In this document: piece by piece, positions 1 to 8,755 of the stretch
Layout: each line of letters opens with the position of its first letter
How positions within the stretch are numbered: the stretch's first letter is position 1
IMG/VR virus record: IMGVR_UViG_3300032270_000633
Span: 1-34,396 of that record
Origin: a virus
Lineage: Duplodnaviria; Caudoviricetes
Strand: one strand, 5' to 3'
DNA: 34,396 nt
Notes under the pieces: generated by a model
What the model saw: only the letters and a program-made list of their open reading frames with translations
Databases searched by the model: none
Told to the model about the DNA's origin: nothing
Translations under genes and position numbers: made by a program

Positions 1-501
1 AACGGCTCTAATGCGGCTGGTGCTGGTAATGGTGTAGGTTTATTCAACAATGTTTCTTATAAAGACATCGTTAATTTCATTTATGCTTTACCACAACAAT
101 ATTGGACACCAACAACTAAATTTGTTATCAATCCACTAATGCTTGCGTCTATTCGCGGTTTAGTTGATGACAATGGTCGCCCAATTTACATCGATGGTCT
201 TTCACGCGATGATGGTATTGTTGGCACTTTACTTGGTTTTGATGTTGTAGTTAATAAGTATGTTTCTAACCCACTTATTCCTACTACACCAAGCCCATCA
301 GTAGATACAAACGCTTTCCCAATGTATTTCGGTGATTGGAATCGCGGTCATACAATCGTTGATCGTTTAAATATGGTTATGCGTAGATACGACCAAACAT
401 TGCCAGGCTATATCACATTCTATGGTGAGAAGCGTCTAGCAACATCTGTGGTCGATCCATTCAGTATCATTCGTTATAGATCAGCACAATATTTAGATTA
501 A
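1..501 (+). CDS. Major capsid protein, HK97 fold (C-terminal part, 5'-truncated by window edge)
   Basis: Frame 1 is open from base 1 (NGSNAAGAGNG...YALPQQYW...). HK97-type P-domain motifs GTLLGFDVVVN, MYFGDW, RYDQTLPGYITFYGEKR. Upstream of head-tail genes. Confidence 0.9.
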   Translation, partial: NGSNAAGAGNGVGLFNNVSYKDIVNFIYALPQQYWTPTTKFVINPLMLASIRGLVDDNGRPIYIDGLSRDDGIVGTLLGFDVVVNKYVSNPLIPTTPSPSVDTNAFPMYFGDWNRGHTIVDRLNMVMRRYDQTLPGYITFYGEKRLATSVVDPFSIIRYRSAQYLD

Positions 502-518
502 TTCTAAATTTGTTGTTC

Positions 519-554
519 AGGGTGGGGGAGCAATCCCCCTCTCTTTAATTTTTT
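519..554 (+). terminator. Rho-independent terminator after capsid gene
   Basis: Stem GGGGGA-GCAA-TCCCCC (GNRA loop), extendable to 519/544, followed by TTAATTTTTT. Confidence 0.8.
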
Positions 555-566
555 AGGAAAGAATTT

Positions 567-1631
567 ATGAATACATCTGAAAGAATTTTAAATGGCATAA
601 AACAAGCACTAACTGAAGGTAAAGCTACAGTTAATCTTGTAAAAAAAGAAGCCCAACAAGATGTAAATGAAGCATCTCAACTTACAGGTAGCGGACTAGA
701 CAAAGGCGGAAGAACTTATTTTGATGATGCTTTTGCGGCACTCCGTTTAGCAAATCCGTTTAGAGGATGGGCGCGCGAGGTAACTTTTACAGGTTCAGCG
801 GCTCAATTTGTTGCTAAAACAGGGAATGTTTTAAATCAAGTAAGCCCTAATAATCCATGGGGTTATACATTTACACCTAATGACGGCACTCCAGGAATTG
901 CTACTTCAATTTGGCAATTACCTACAAGAAATTTATCAGCACAATTACCATTAAGAACTGCATTATTATCTGATATTAATAATATTGATGAAACAATTGT
1001 TAGCGATTTAATACTTGAATTTTCTCAAGCAGAAGCTTCAGCTATGGTTTTAAATGTCGATCAAGCTGGCTCAACAACTTATACTACAGGCGCAACTAAT
1101 GGCGTTCGAGGATTGATTACATATCCTGGAAGCACAAGTGCGGCTTCATACGGATCAAGCGGAACTGCAATTACTAACGGACTTCATACAGTAATTTATG
1201 AAGCATTTAGTCCAACTGCTCCAACTTATGAAGATTTAGTTAATACTTTAAATAAACTTCCTGCACAATATTGGTATTTACCTTCAACTGCATGGATGAT
1301 GCACCCAAGTCTTATTGCTAAATTAAGATTAATGACTGCAACAGGTGGTTTACCATTGCTTTTAGAAGTTGGTGATAAAGATGGCGGAGCATTGTTATAT
1401 TTATTTGGCATTCCTGTCATTCCTAACTCTTATTTCCAAACTGCTGGCGCTGGTGCATTTATGGGAACTTTAGCTTGTTGGGATCAGTTTATGACTATTG
1501 CTGACAATGAAGAAATGACATTAAAACGCTACGACCAAACCAAGCCTGGCTTTGTAACTTTATATGCTGAAAAGCGTGTAGTTTCTACAGTTAGAAATCC
1601 TAGTGCTGGTGTGTTTATTTACGCGAGTTAA
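567..1631 (+). CDS. Second HK97-fold capsid protein (paralogue)
   Basis: LPAQYW, WMMHP, LFGIPVIPN and RYDQTKPGFVTLYAEKR parallel the motifs of ORF 1..501. AGGAAAG RBS. Confidence 0.85.
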   Translation: MNTSERILNGIKQALTEGKATVNLVKKEAQQDVNEASQLTGSGLDKGGRTYFDDAFAALRLANPFRGWAREVTFTGSAAQFVAKTGNVLNQVSPNNPWGYTFTPNDGTPGIATSIWQLPTRNLSAQLPLRTALLSDINNIDETIVSDLILEFSQAEASAMVLNVDQAGSTTYTTGATNGVRGLITYPGSTSAASYGSSGTAITNGLHTVIYEAFSPTAPTYEDLVNTLNKLPAQYWYLPSTAWMMHPSLIAKLRLMTATGGLPLLLEVGDKDGGALLYLFGIPVIPNSYFQTAGAGAFMGTLACWDQFMTIADNEEMTLKRYDQTKPGFVTLYAEKRVVSTVRNPSAGVFIYAS

Positions 1632-1633
1632 TT

Positions 1634-2302
1634 ATGGCTGATACTTTAGGACAAATACCATTTGGTGGTGGCACTAGAAATCCGTTTAACTATGATAAGT
1701 TTGAACAGATCAATCGTGCCTTAACAACAGGTTGGCTAACATTAGAAGAAATCACTCAACAATTAAATTTGTTTGGTGACGAATCTCAAGATAGTTATTT
1801 AGAAGGTTTAGAATTAGCGGTTCGTATGCACATCGAGGATTATCTCGGTATGCCTATATTCCCTATTACTTATCGTTCTTATTACGGACTTGGCTCTTTG
1901 TATGCTAATCCTGTTTGTTTAGATTTGCCGCAAGTATCTTATAAAGATAGTTTTAATTCAGGTGGCGTTGTTGTTAATAGCGTCAAATACTATAACAATG
2001 CCAATCCTGTAGTTATTACGACTTTAGCTAGTTCTGCTTACACTTACGATCCAACAGGCAATAAAGTAATCTTACCTGGCGGGATGCCAAGCGATGTTAA
2101 TACAGTTGTAACTTCACCTATTGTTATTGAGTTTACAGTTAATCCTAATTTTTTACAGGCTTATCCTGTAATTAAACAAGCGGCTTTATTATTATTAACT
2201 CATCTTTATAACAACAGATCAGAAACAACTTTAAGTAAGTTACAAACAATTCCTTATGGAGTGGATGCGCTTTTAAGACCTTATAAACCATTGGTGATGT
2301 AA
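1634..2302 (+). CDS. Head-tail connector/adaptor (HK97 gp6-like)
   Basis: LTLEEITQQL...DSYLEGL N-terminal motif; IKQAALLLLTHLYNNR...IPYGVDALLRPYK C-terminal motif; synteny. Confidence 0.85.
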   Translation: MADTLGQIPFGGGTRNPFNYDKFEQINRALTTGWLTLEEITQQLNLFGDESQDSYLEGLELAVRMHIEDYLGMPIFPITYRSYYGLGSLYANPVCLDLPQVSYKDSFNSGGVVVNSVKYYNNANPVVITTLASSAYTYDPTGNKVILPGGMPSDVNTVVTSPIVIEFTVNPNFLQAYPVIKQAALLLLTHLYNNRSETTLSKLQTIPYGVDALLRPYKPLVM

Positions 2303-2647
2303 ATGGCAATTAAACGCTATGAGAATGTTGATGTAAATGATCTCACTTTTGGCACTAATGATTATGGTGAATATACAACAACGATAACAAAGAAATTTAC
2401 AACTAGACCTTTAGTGTCCGATGTAAAGAATTCACTTGCTATTACGGAAAGATATCGTGTATATCAAGATTTGATTCAATTTACTTTTAATTACACACCT
2501 AATTTAAAAGATATTGTTGATAATCAAAACTTATATTCGATCACTTGGCGAGATAAAGATTGGCGTATTACTGATGCTATTGAAGCTAATGACAGGATGT
2601 CCGTAACCTTGATGTGCTATCGTTCTGATCCTACAACAAAGGTTTAA
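2303..2647 (+). CDS. Head closure protein (SPP1 gp16-like)
   Basis: Size, position after the connector, and ITWRDKDWRITD beta-rich motif. Confidence 0.7.
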   Translation: MAIKRYENVDVNDLTFGTNDYGEYTTTITKKFTTRPLVSDVKNSLAITERYRVYQDLIQFTFNYTPNLKDIVDNQNLYSITWRDKDWRITDAIEANDRMSVTLMCYRSDPTTKV

Positions 2648-2648
2648 A

Positions 2649-3071
2649 ATGGCTACTCAACAGAATGTAAATGATTATGCAAAAGCCATTCAATGGCAGT
2701 TAAGTGATATAATATCACCAACGCCTGTATATGCTAATTTCAACAGAAATTTTGCTACACAGAATGAATTTGTAACTTGGCAATTAAGAAATGTCCATCA
2801 ACCTGTTTATACGGGCATATACCAAGATAACAAAGGTATTGATACACCTACTTTTCAGATCAGCGTATTTTCTACTGATATGGCAGGTGGTTTTGAATTA
2901 GCAAATGATATTTTACAAGCATTGCATGGTTATAGTGGAATATTTGGCAACCCTAGCGGAGTAAATATTCCAATATCTAAAGCTGATGTAGTGTGGTTAT
3001 ATAATGGATACGACAATGAGATCAATCTATTTAATATTTATATGGATTGCACCTTATACATACCAACATAA
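2649..3071 (+). CDS. Tail terminator / tail completion protein
   Basis: FQISVFS...LANDILQALHG motif; immediately before the tail tube. Confidence 0.7.
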   Translation: MATQQNVNDYAKAIQWQLSDIISPTPVYANFNRNFATQNEFVTWQLRNVHQPVYTGIYQDNKGIDTPTFQISVFSTDMAGGFELANDILQALHGYSGIFGNPSGVNIPISKADVVWLYNGYDNEINLFNIYMDCTLYIPT

Positions 3072-3105
3072 GAATTTTTAATTTTTTAATGTGAGGAAAT
3101 AAATT

Positions 3106-3603
3106 ATGGCACTTCCAAATCGCGTCTTACCTGGTTTTAGCGCTACCCTATACGCTCAATCAGGCGCAAACCCAACAGTTTTAGATAACACAGAATTAGC
3201 AACATGGGCTGATGTTAATGCTTTATGTATTGCTCCTAACGCATTACCTGTTGAAGCTATCCCAGCATTCGGTCAAGATGATGCAGTTGCTAACTTTAAT
3301 GTAGCTGGCGCTCGTCAATCTGACAAGATTCCAACTCAAGCCGCTCCTACTTCAATGACTATTACTGCCGCTTGGAATCCTGCTGACACTCAATTAATTC
3401 AAATGAGAGATGATGCTTACAATGGCACAATCGACAGAACATTCGTTGTTTTAGCTACTGATGGATTAGGTGACTTTGTTGCTTATGCTTTCAATGGTCG
3501 CGTAGGTCAATTCTCTGTTGATCCTAACCCAACTGCTGAAACAAAATGCACATTTACTGTTCACCCACGCGGTAATCAATACGGCTGGTCAAACAACACT
3601 TAA
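3106..3603 (+). CDS. Major tail tube protein
   Basis: 165 aa, strong GAGG RBS, YAFNGRV and KCTFTV beta motifs, synteny. Confidence 0.7.
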   Translation: MALPNRVLPGFSATLYAQSGANPTVLDNTELATWADVNALCIAPNALPVEAIPAFGQDDAVANFNVAGARQSDKIPTQAAPTSMTITAAWNPADTQLIQMRDDAYNGTIDRTFVVLATDGLGDFVAYAFNGRVGQFSVDPNPTAETKCTFTVHPRGNQYGWSNNT

Positions 3604-3621
3604 TTAGGACAAGGAAAAGAA

Positions 3622-3849
3622 ATGACACAACAAATTAAAACAAGCGATGATTTATTAAGTTATTTGGTATCCCAAGCTGGTTCAGGTCAAAAGAATTGGT
3701 TTGGGTTTGCCCAACAACGCTTAACAGGAATTAATTTAGCCCATGAGATTGCTAAACATCATGCGGATAAAATTACACCTGAAGAAGCGGTTGATTATGC
3801 TATTAAATTAAATAATGCAATTTATCATAAAATAATTAAAGCAGATTAA
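3622..3849 (+). CDS. Hypothetical protein in tail module
   Basis: AAGGA RBS; TAATG coupling to the next gene. Confidence 0.6.
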   Translation: MTQQIKTSDDLLSYLVSQAGSGQKNWFGFAQQRLTGINLAHEIAKHHADKITPEEAVDYAIKLNNAIYHKIIKAD

Positions 3850-4403
3850 TGAGTGTTAAATTTGCGGTCAATGGGTTAAAAGAAACTCTTGAAGCTTTTA
3901 AAGAATTTCAAGAGCAATTTGGCGACAAAGACGCAAAGAGTAAAGTATTAATACCAGCAGTTAGAGATGCCATGAAGCCTGTATTGGCTATGGCTAAAAC
4001 TTTATCACCTAAAGACACAGGCGCATTGGATCGTTCTTTGTATATCACCGCAAGGCGACCTACTAGAAAAGATATGAAGTCAAGATATGTAACACCAAAA
4101 GATTCTGTTATATCGCTTGTTTCATCTCGACCAATCCCTAAAAAATTAAAGCAACAATTCCATGCTGAATATGGAAACCTAAAAGGTAGTGAGTATAAAA
4201 AAGCCAAAAGAAAATTCTATGGCGAGCAAGGTGTTATGCACGATGCAAGAGCTATTGCAAACGAATTCGGAACTGCCAAGATGTCCGCAAAACCATTTAT
4301 GCGAATATCATTAGAATCACAAGCTCAAATGGTAGCATCAAAGTTAGGTATGATTTTAAAACAAAAAATGGATGCTTATAAAGCTAAAAATTTAACAACA
4401 TAA
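3849..4403 (+). CDS. HK97 gp10-like tail component
   Basis: V-x-G-L-K-E N-terminus, PKDTGALDRSL and EFGTAKMSAKPFMR signatures. Confidence 0.8.
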   Translation: MSVKFAVNGLKETLEAFKEFQEQFGDKDAKSKVLIPAVRDAMKPVLAMAKTLSPKDTGALDRSLYITARRPTRKDMKSRYVTPKDSVISLVSSRPIPKKLKQQFHAEYGNLKGSEYKKAKRKFYGEQGVMHDARAIANEFGTAKMSAKPFMRISLESQAQMVASKLGMILKQKMDAYKAKNLTT

Positions 4404-4412
4404 GGAAAAGAT

Positions 4413-4883
4413 ATGAGTAAATTAGGATCAGCTCTCGGTAAAAAATACGAGGAAAATAGATTATCAGTATTAACTAGGTCGTTTGAATTAGGCGACCATA
4501 CATTTAAAGTAAGAGTGCCAAGCGTTCAAGAAATTGAAGCTATTTATAATTACTTTCAAAATCCTAATGAAGAAAAGATTGAAGAAGAATATCAGTTAAT
4601 GATAAAAGCCTTTGAAAATCTTGAAGGCAAAGAAGGTGTAGAAGTCAAAGATAACGACTTCATTATTGACGGAAGATCAATAAGAGAAACTGCTACAAAT
4701 AAACATGTATTGCAAAAAAGAATAGTTGAATATATTAAATTTCTAATACCTGAAACGGGATCATTAGAAGATATAACTTATGAAGATGTAGAAGCTGAAT
4801 TTCCATTATCAGTCCAAATGACTTTAGTGGAAAAAATTAACGAGGTTATTAGCCCTGACTATAAAGACATAAAGTCAAAGTAG
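4413..4883 (+). CDS. Tail assembly chaperone (gpG-like)
   Basis: Acidic 156-aa protein between tail tube and tape measure, followed by an overlapping open -1 frame. Confidence 0.65.
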   Translation: MSKLGSALGKKYEENRLSVLTRSFELGDHTFKVRVPSVQEIEAIYNYFQNPNEEKIEEEYQLMIKAFENLEGKEGVEVKDNDFIIDGRSIRETATNKHVLQKRIVEYIKFLIPETGSLEDITYEDVEAEFPLSVQMTLVEKINEVISPDYKDIKSK

Positions 4884-5224
4884 TAGGCTCGTTAAGAACC
4901 CAAGTTCGCGCGTCTATGGTTTTTAACGGGCATACAATACAAGATATAGATGCGCTTGATGAGCATACCATGAATGAAATAACAGTCATGTATGCGGATG
5001 GGTTAGTTGGTAATAGAAGCTTATTAACTATGCAAGGAACTCTGATAGCTGGAGTTTTTAATTATTTAAGAGCAAGCAATAGCCAACCTTATACTCTGAA
5101 AGGCGTTTTAGGTGGTGCTTATGAATATTTTTATGGTGTAGAGAAAGCTGATCCTAGCGAATCTTTATTAACATTTATGACGCAAGCGCCTGACTTTAAA
5201 ATGGACAGATTCAAAGGTAAATAA
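4865..5224 (+). CDS. Tail assembly chaperone extension (gpT-like, probable -1 frameshift product; first ATG at 4916)
   Basis: The -1 frame is open from 4865, overlaps the end of 4413..4883 and ends just before the tape measure. No clear RBS before ATG 4916. Confidence 0.55.
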   Translation, partial: RHKVKVVGSLRTQVRASMVFNGHTIQDIDALDEHTMNEITVMYADGLVGNRSLLTMQGTLIAGVFNYLRASNSQPYTLKGVLGGAYEYFYGVEKADPSESLLTFMTQAPDFKMDRFKGK

Positions 5225-5226
5225 TC

Positions 5227-7014
5227 ATGGCAATTATTTCAAGATTAGCGGTTTTACTTGGACTTGATGCAGGCGAGTTTAATGCCAATCTAGGTAAGGC
5301 TAAAGACAAAGTAGAAGGCTTTAGCGCAGGCGCAAAACTATCATTAGGTGCGGTTGCGGTAGCTTTTACGGCTTCAGCTCGTGAAGCAATTAACTTTGCC
5401 GACAAAATAAATGATGTCGCTAAAGCTAATGAAATGTCCGTTCAATCTGTATTGCGTATGTCGCAAGCCCTATCAACTAATGGTGGTAATGCTGATGATG
5501 CTGGCAAGCTTATGGCATCATTCGCTAATAAAATTGATGAAGCCGCTCAAGGATCATCAAAAGCACAAAAAGCCTTTTTATCAATTGGCGTTTCAATTAA
5601 AGATTTAAAAACGCTTGCGCCTGATGAGCTATTTCAAAAAACTATCAAATCCCTTGCTGGTATTGAAGATCCCGCTAAACGAAATGCGCTTGCTATGGAT
5701 ATGTTTGGCAGAGCTATTCGCGGTGTTGATATTAAAGGCATGGCTGAAGAATTTGAAAAAATTAAAAGTAAGTTTGCAGGATCGGAAGAAGCATTTAAAA
5801 GTGTAGGGAATTCTGTTGATAGATTAGATAGATTCTTTTTGAATTTAAAAGTTACTCTTGCTACTCGCCTTGCTCCAGCTTTTGAGTATGTAACAATTGC
5901 TATGGAAAATTGGCAAAATAAATCACAAGGTATAGTTGATAGATTTGCTGAAATTAGAAAAGAAGCAGGATGGTGGGCGGCTTGGAAAGATAAAGAAGGT
6001 TTCCAAAAATTTGAATTTCCTACACGCGGTTCGGTTCAAGGAGCTAATGTTCCTGGCATTATGTCAGGCATTGGTGGTGTAGCCGCGCCTAAAAAAGATA
6101 TTAGAGATGTTGAGATTGATGAAAAACAAAAAGCAGAATTAAAACGCTTAAAAGAAGCCGCAGAAAGACAACAAGAATTTTACGAAAAAGAAATGTTAGT
6201 TAGCAAAGCTAAAGGCGAAAGATTACAAAAAGAACATGAATTAGCTTTTGTTTCAGAAAACGAAAGAAAGCTACAATTAGAAATATATGACATTGAACAA
6301 AAGCGCAAACAATTAACTTTAGGCGATCAATATGGTCGCAAAATGACAGAGCAAGATGCTAATAAATGGATGGAAGCAGAAAAGGCTCGCGCGCAAGAAG
6401 CTTATGCAATTGCTCAACAACAAAGAGATTTTGAATATGGCTGGCAGAAAGCTTTTGCTACTTATGCTGATAATGCTACCAATGCCGCTAAATTAGGTGA
6501 GCAAGCATTCGTATCTGTTACTTCAAATATGGAGCAAGCATTAGATCAATTTGTTACTACAGGAAAACTTAAATTTGGTGATTTAGCAAAAAGCATTATT
6601 GCAGACCTTATTAAGATTCAAATGAAAGCTCAATTAACTTCTTTATTTAAAGGGTTAAGTGGTATATTTGGATTTGGCGGTGGCGATGCTGGAATGTTTA
6701 CAGGATCAACAGGCGCAATAGGCGGTTCTATTCTTCTTGGTAAAGCTGAAGGCGGCGATATTAGTGGTCGCACTCCATATATGGTAGGTGAAAGAGGTCC
6801 TGAATTATTTGTTCCTAAAACCGCAGGAACTATTATTCCTAATAACCAAGTAGGCTCTATGGGCAATCAACCACAAGTAGTTTATAATGGTCCTTACATT
6901 GCTAATATGAGCGCTATTGATACACAATCAGGCTTACAATTCTTGGCTAAAAATAAACAAGGTGTTTGGGCGGCTAATCAATCCGCTCAAAGATCAATAC
7001 CACAATCGAGATAA
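5227..7014 (+). CDS. Tail tape measure protein
   Basis: Helical and Ala-rich; lambda-type C-terminal segment GWQKAFATYADNATN...FVTTGKLKFGDLAKSII; YMVGERGPELFVP motif. Confidence 0.92.
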   Translation: MAIISRLAVLLGLDAGEFNANLGKAKDKVEGFSAGAKLSLGAVAVAFTASAREAINFADKINDVAKANEMSVQSVLRMSQALSTNGGNADDAGKLMASFANKIDEAAQGSSKAQKAFLSIGVSIKDLKTLAPDELFQKTIKSLAGIEDPAKRNALAMDMFGRAIRGVDIKGMAEEFEKIKSKFAGSEEAFKSVGNSVDRLDRFFLNLKVTLATRLAPAFEYVTIAMENWQNKSQGIVDRFAEIRKEAGWWAAWKDKEGFQKFEFPTRGSVQGANVPGIMSGIGGVAAPKKDIRDVEIDEKQKAELKRLKEAAERQQEFYEKEMLVSKAKGERLQKEHELAFVSENERKLQLEIYDIEQKRKQLTLGDQYGRKMTEQDANKWMEAEKARAQEAYAIAQQQRDFEYGWQKAFATYADNATNAAKLGEQAFVSVTSNMEQALDQFVTTGKLKFGDLAKSIIADLIKIQMKAQLTSLFKGLSGIFGFGGGDAGMFTGSTGAIGGSILLGKAEGGDISGRTPYMVGERGPELFVPKTAGTIIPNNQVGSMGNQPQVVYNGPYIANMSAIDTQSGLQFLAKNKQGVWAANQSAQRSIPQSR

Positions 7015-7017
7015 TAT

Positions 7018-7701
7018 ATGGCAACTTTAAATACAATCCTTTCGATAGCTGAATCCGTAGGTATTGACGATCAAAGATTTATCGGTCAAATGATGAGCCG
7101 AAATCAAAGAATTGCCACTTCTGAAATTATTGGCGTGCAACCTTTTGGCTTTGAAATGAAGCCCATGAATTATCTTTTATATTCTCAAAATAGAGCATTG
7201 CTTTCATCATTAAGAGCGGCTGATCGAGAGTTTGAACAATATCTTAATTTTGGCTCTACAGGCTGGGCTAATTATATTTATTATCAAGGCGACATGACTT
7301 CTGTCGAAATTAGCGCTTGCCAATATCAAACATCTTCAGCAAACAAAACTATTGTATTGGGATCGTTACCTACAATGGGCGCTACAGAATATATTGTAAA
7401 AACAGGTGACTTCTTGCAGATTGATAGATATGCTTATATAGCTACTGCCGATGTTCAAAGAGGTGGCGGTTCTACAGTTAATATTCCTGTTCACAGAACC
7501 ATTATGACTACACTTGCAAGCCCTATGAATGCGGTGATTGGTCAATATGGCACTACACAATCTATTGGTGGCAATACTTATACAGGTGTCACATTTCCTG
7601 TAATTCTTCAAGCATATCCTAACTATGTTCTTGTGCCTATGACTGATGATTCATTTATTCAATGGAATGGCACATTTAAAGCGATAGAAGCGGTGTTGTA
7701 A
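7018..7701 (+). CDS. Distal tail protein (putative)
   Basis: Directly after the tape measure; beta-rich; KTGDFLQI motif. Confidence 0.55.
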   Translation: MATLNTILSIAESVGIDDQRFIGQMMSRNQRIATSEIIGVQPFGFEMKPMNYLLYSQNRALLSSLRAADREFEQYLNFGSTGWANYIYYQGDMTSVEISACQYQTSSANKTIVLGSLPTMGATEYIVKTGDFLQIDRYAYIATADVQRGGGSTVNIPVHRTIMTTLASPMNAVIGQYGTTQSIGGNTYTGVTFPVILQAYPNYVLVPMTDDSFIQWNGTFKAIEAVL

Positions 7702-8333
7702 TGTCAAATAATATACCACCAATACAAAATACGAATAATATTAGAATGGCGGATTTTATCCGCGTTACTACTACAGACGCTTTAGGTGCAACTCAAATAT
7801 ATCGCCTAGCTTCAACTCCTTCCGTATTAACAATTCCTGCCGTTGATTCAGAGCCTTTTGATGCTCTTGGTGCATTAGTTAAAGTAGGTGACGCAACTAG
7901 AGATATTAAATCAACTGCCAATGAAACATCTATTACTTTAGTTGGTATTGAATCAGCGCAATTAGGTTGGGTATTAAGTAATAAAATTAAAGGTTCTCTT
8001 ATTGAGATGTGGCATGGTTTTTTTGATGATAACAATGAGCTTATAACTACAGGTGGCACAGGCGGTCTTTATAAGTTTTTTACAGGTTATGTTAATTCAT
8101 TTAATATTACAGAGCAATGGTTTGAAGAATCAAGAATGTATTATGGTGTAATTAATGTAACTGCCTCAAGTATTCAAATTATTTTACAAAACGGAACTTC
8201 AGGAAGATATACCAATAACAATTCATGGCAATTTTTTACTGCTGGCGACACTTCAATGGATCGCGTGTCTGTTATTCAAAATATTAATTATTTCTTTGGC
8301 AGAGATGCTGATCCAAGTGTTTATAGAACTTGA
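7701..8333 (+). CDS. Tail tip/hub protein (putative)
   Basis: Synteny; SITLVGI, FTGYV and GRYTNNNSWQFF...GD motifs as in siphophage minor tail proteins. Confidence 0.55.
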   Translation: MSNNIPPIQNTNNIRMADFIRVTTTDALGATQIYRLASTPSVLTIPAVDSEPFDALGALVKVGDATRDIKSTANETSITLVGIESAQLGWVLSNKIKGSLIEMWHGFFDDNNELITTGGTGGLYKFFTGYVNSFNITEQWFEESRMYYGVINVTASSIQIILQNGTSGRYTNNNSWQFFTAGDTSMDRVSVIQNINYFFGRDADPSVYRT

Positions 8334-8755
8334 TTCGATACGCCAATAAATACGATATAGATAAGATAATAGAACTTTTAAAAGACTTTGCTATAACAAC
8401 AGAAAGTCAATTAAAAGGGAATCCATTGGATTGGTCTAAAACTTATGTAATGCAACTCATTACAAATATAATAGCAGGTCAGGGATTTATATTAATTGAT
8501 GATGAACAAACAGGAATTTTAATAGCTTTTAAAAATCATTGCTTTTGGAATGATAAAAGTATTCAACTACAAGAAGTTATGTTGCATGGATATAACAAAT
8601 TTGTTATTGCTAGATTGATTAAGGAATATATCAAAATAGCAAAAGATTTATTAAGAAAAATGGAAATCAATCAAGCTACAATGTCATCTTATAATGACTT
8701 AAAATTTGAAAGATATGGTATGCAAAAATTAGAATATATATGGGAAATTAAATGA
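8330..8755 (+). CDS. Hypothetical protein, possible GNAT fold
   Basis: TTG start overlapping the previous stop; IRYANKYDIDKIIELL N-terminus and FERYGM C-terminus resemble GNAT motifs. Confidence 0.45.
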   Translation: MIRYANKYDIDKIIELLKDFAITTESQLKGNPLDWSKTYVMQLITNIIAGQGFILIDDEQTGILIAFKNHCFWNDKSIQLQEVMLHGYNKFVIARLIKEYIKIAKDLLRKMEINQATMSSYNDLKFERYGMQKLEYIWEIK

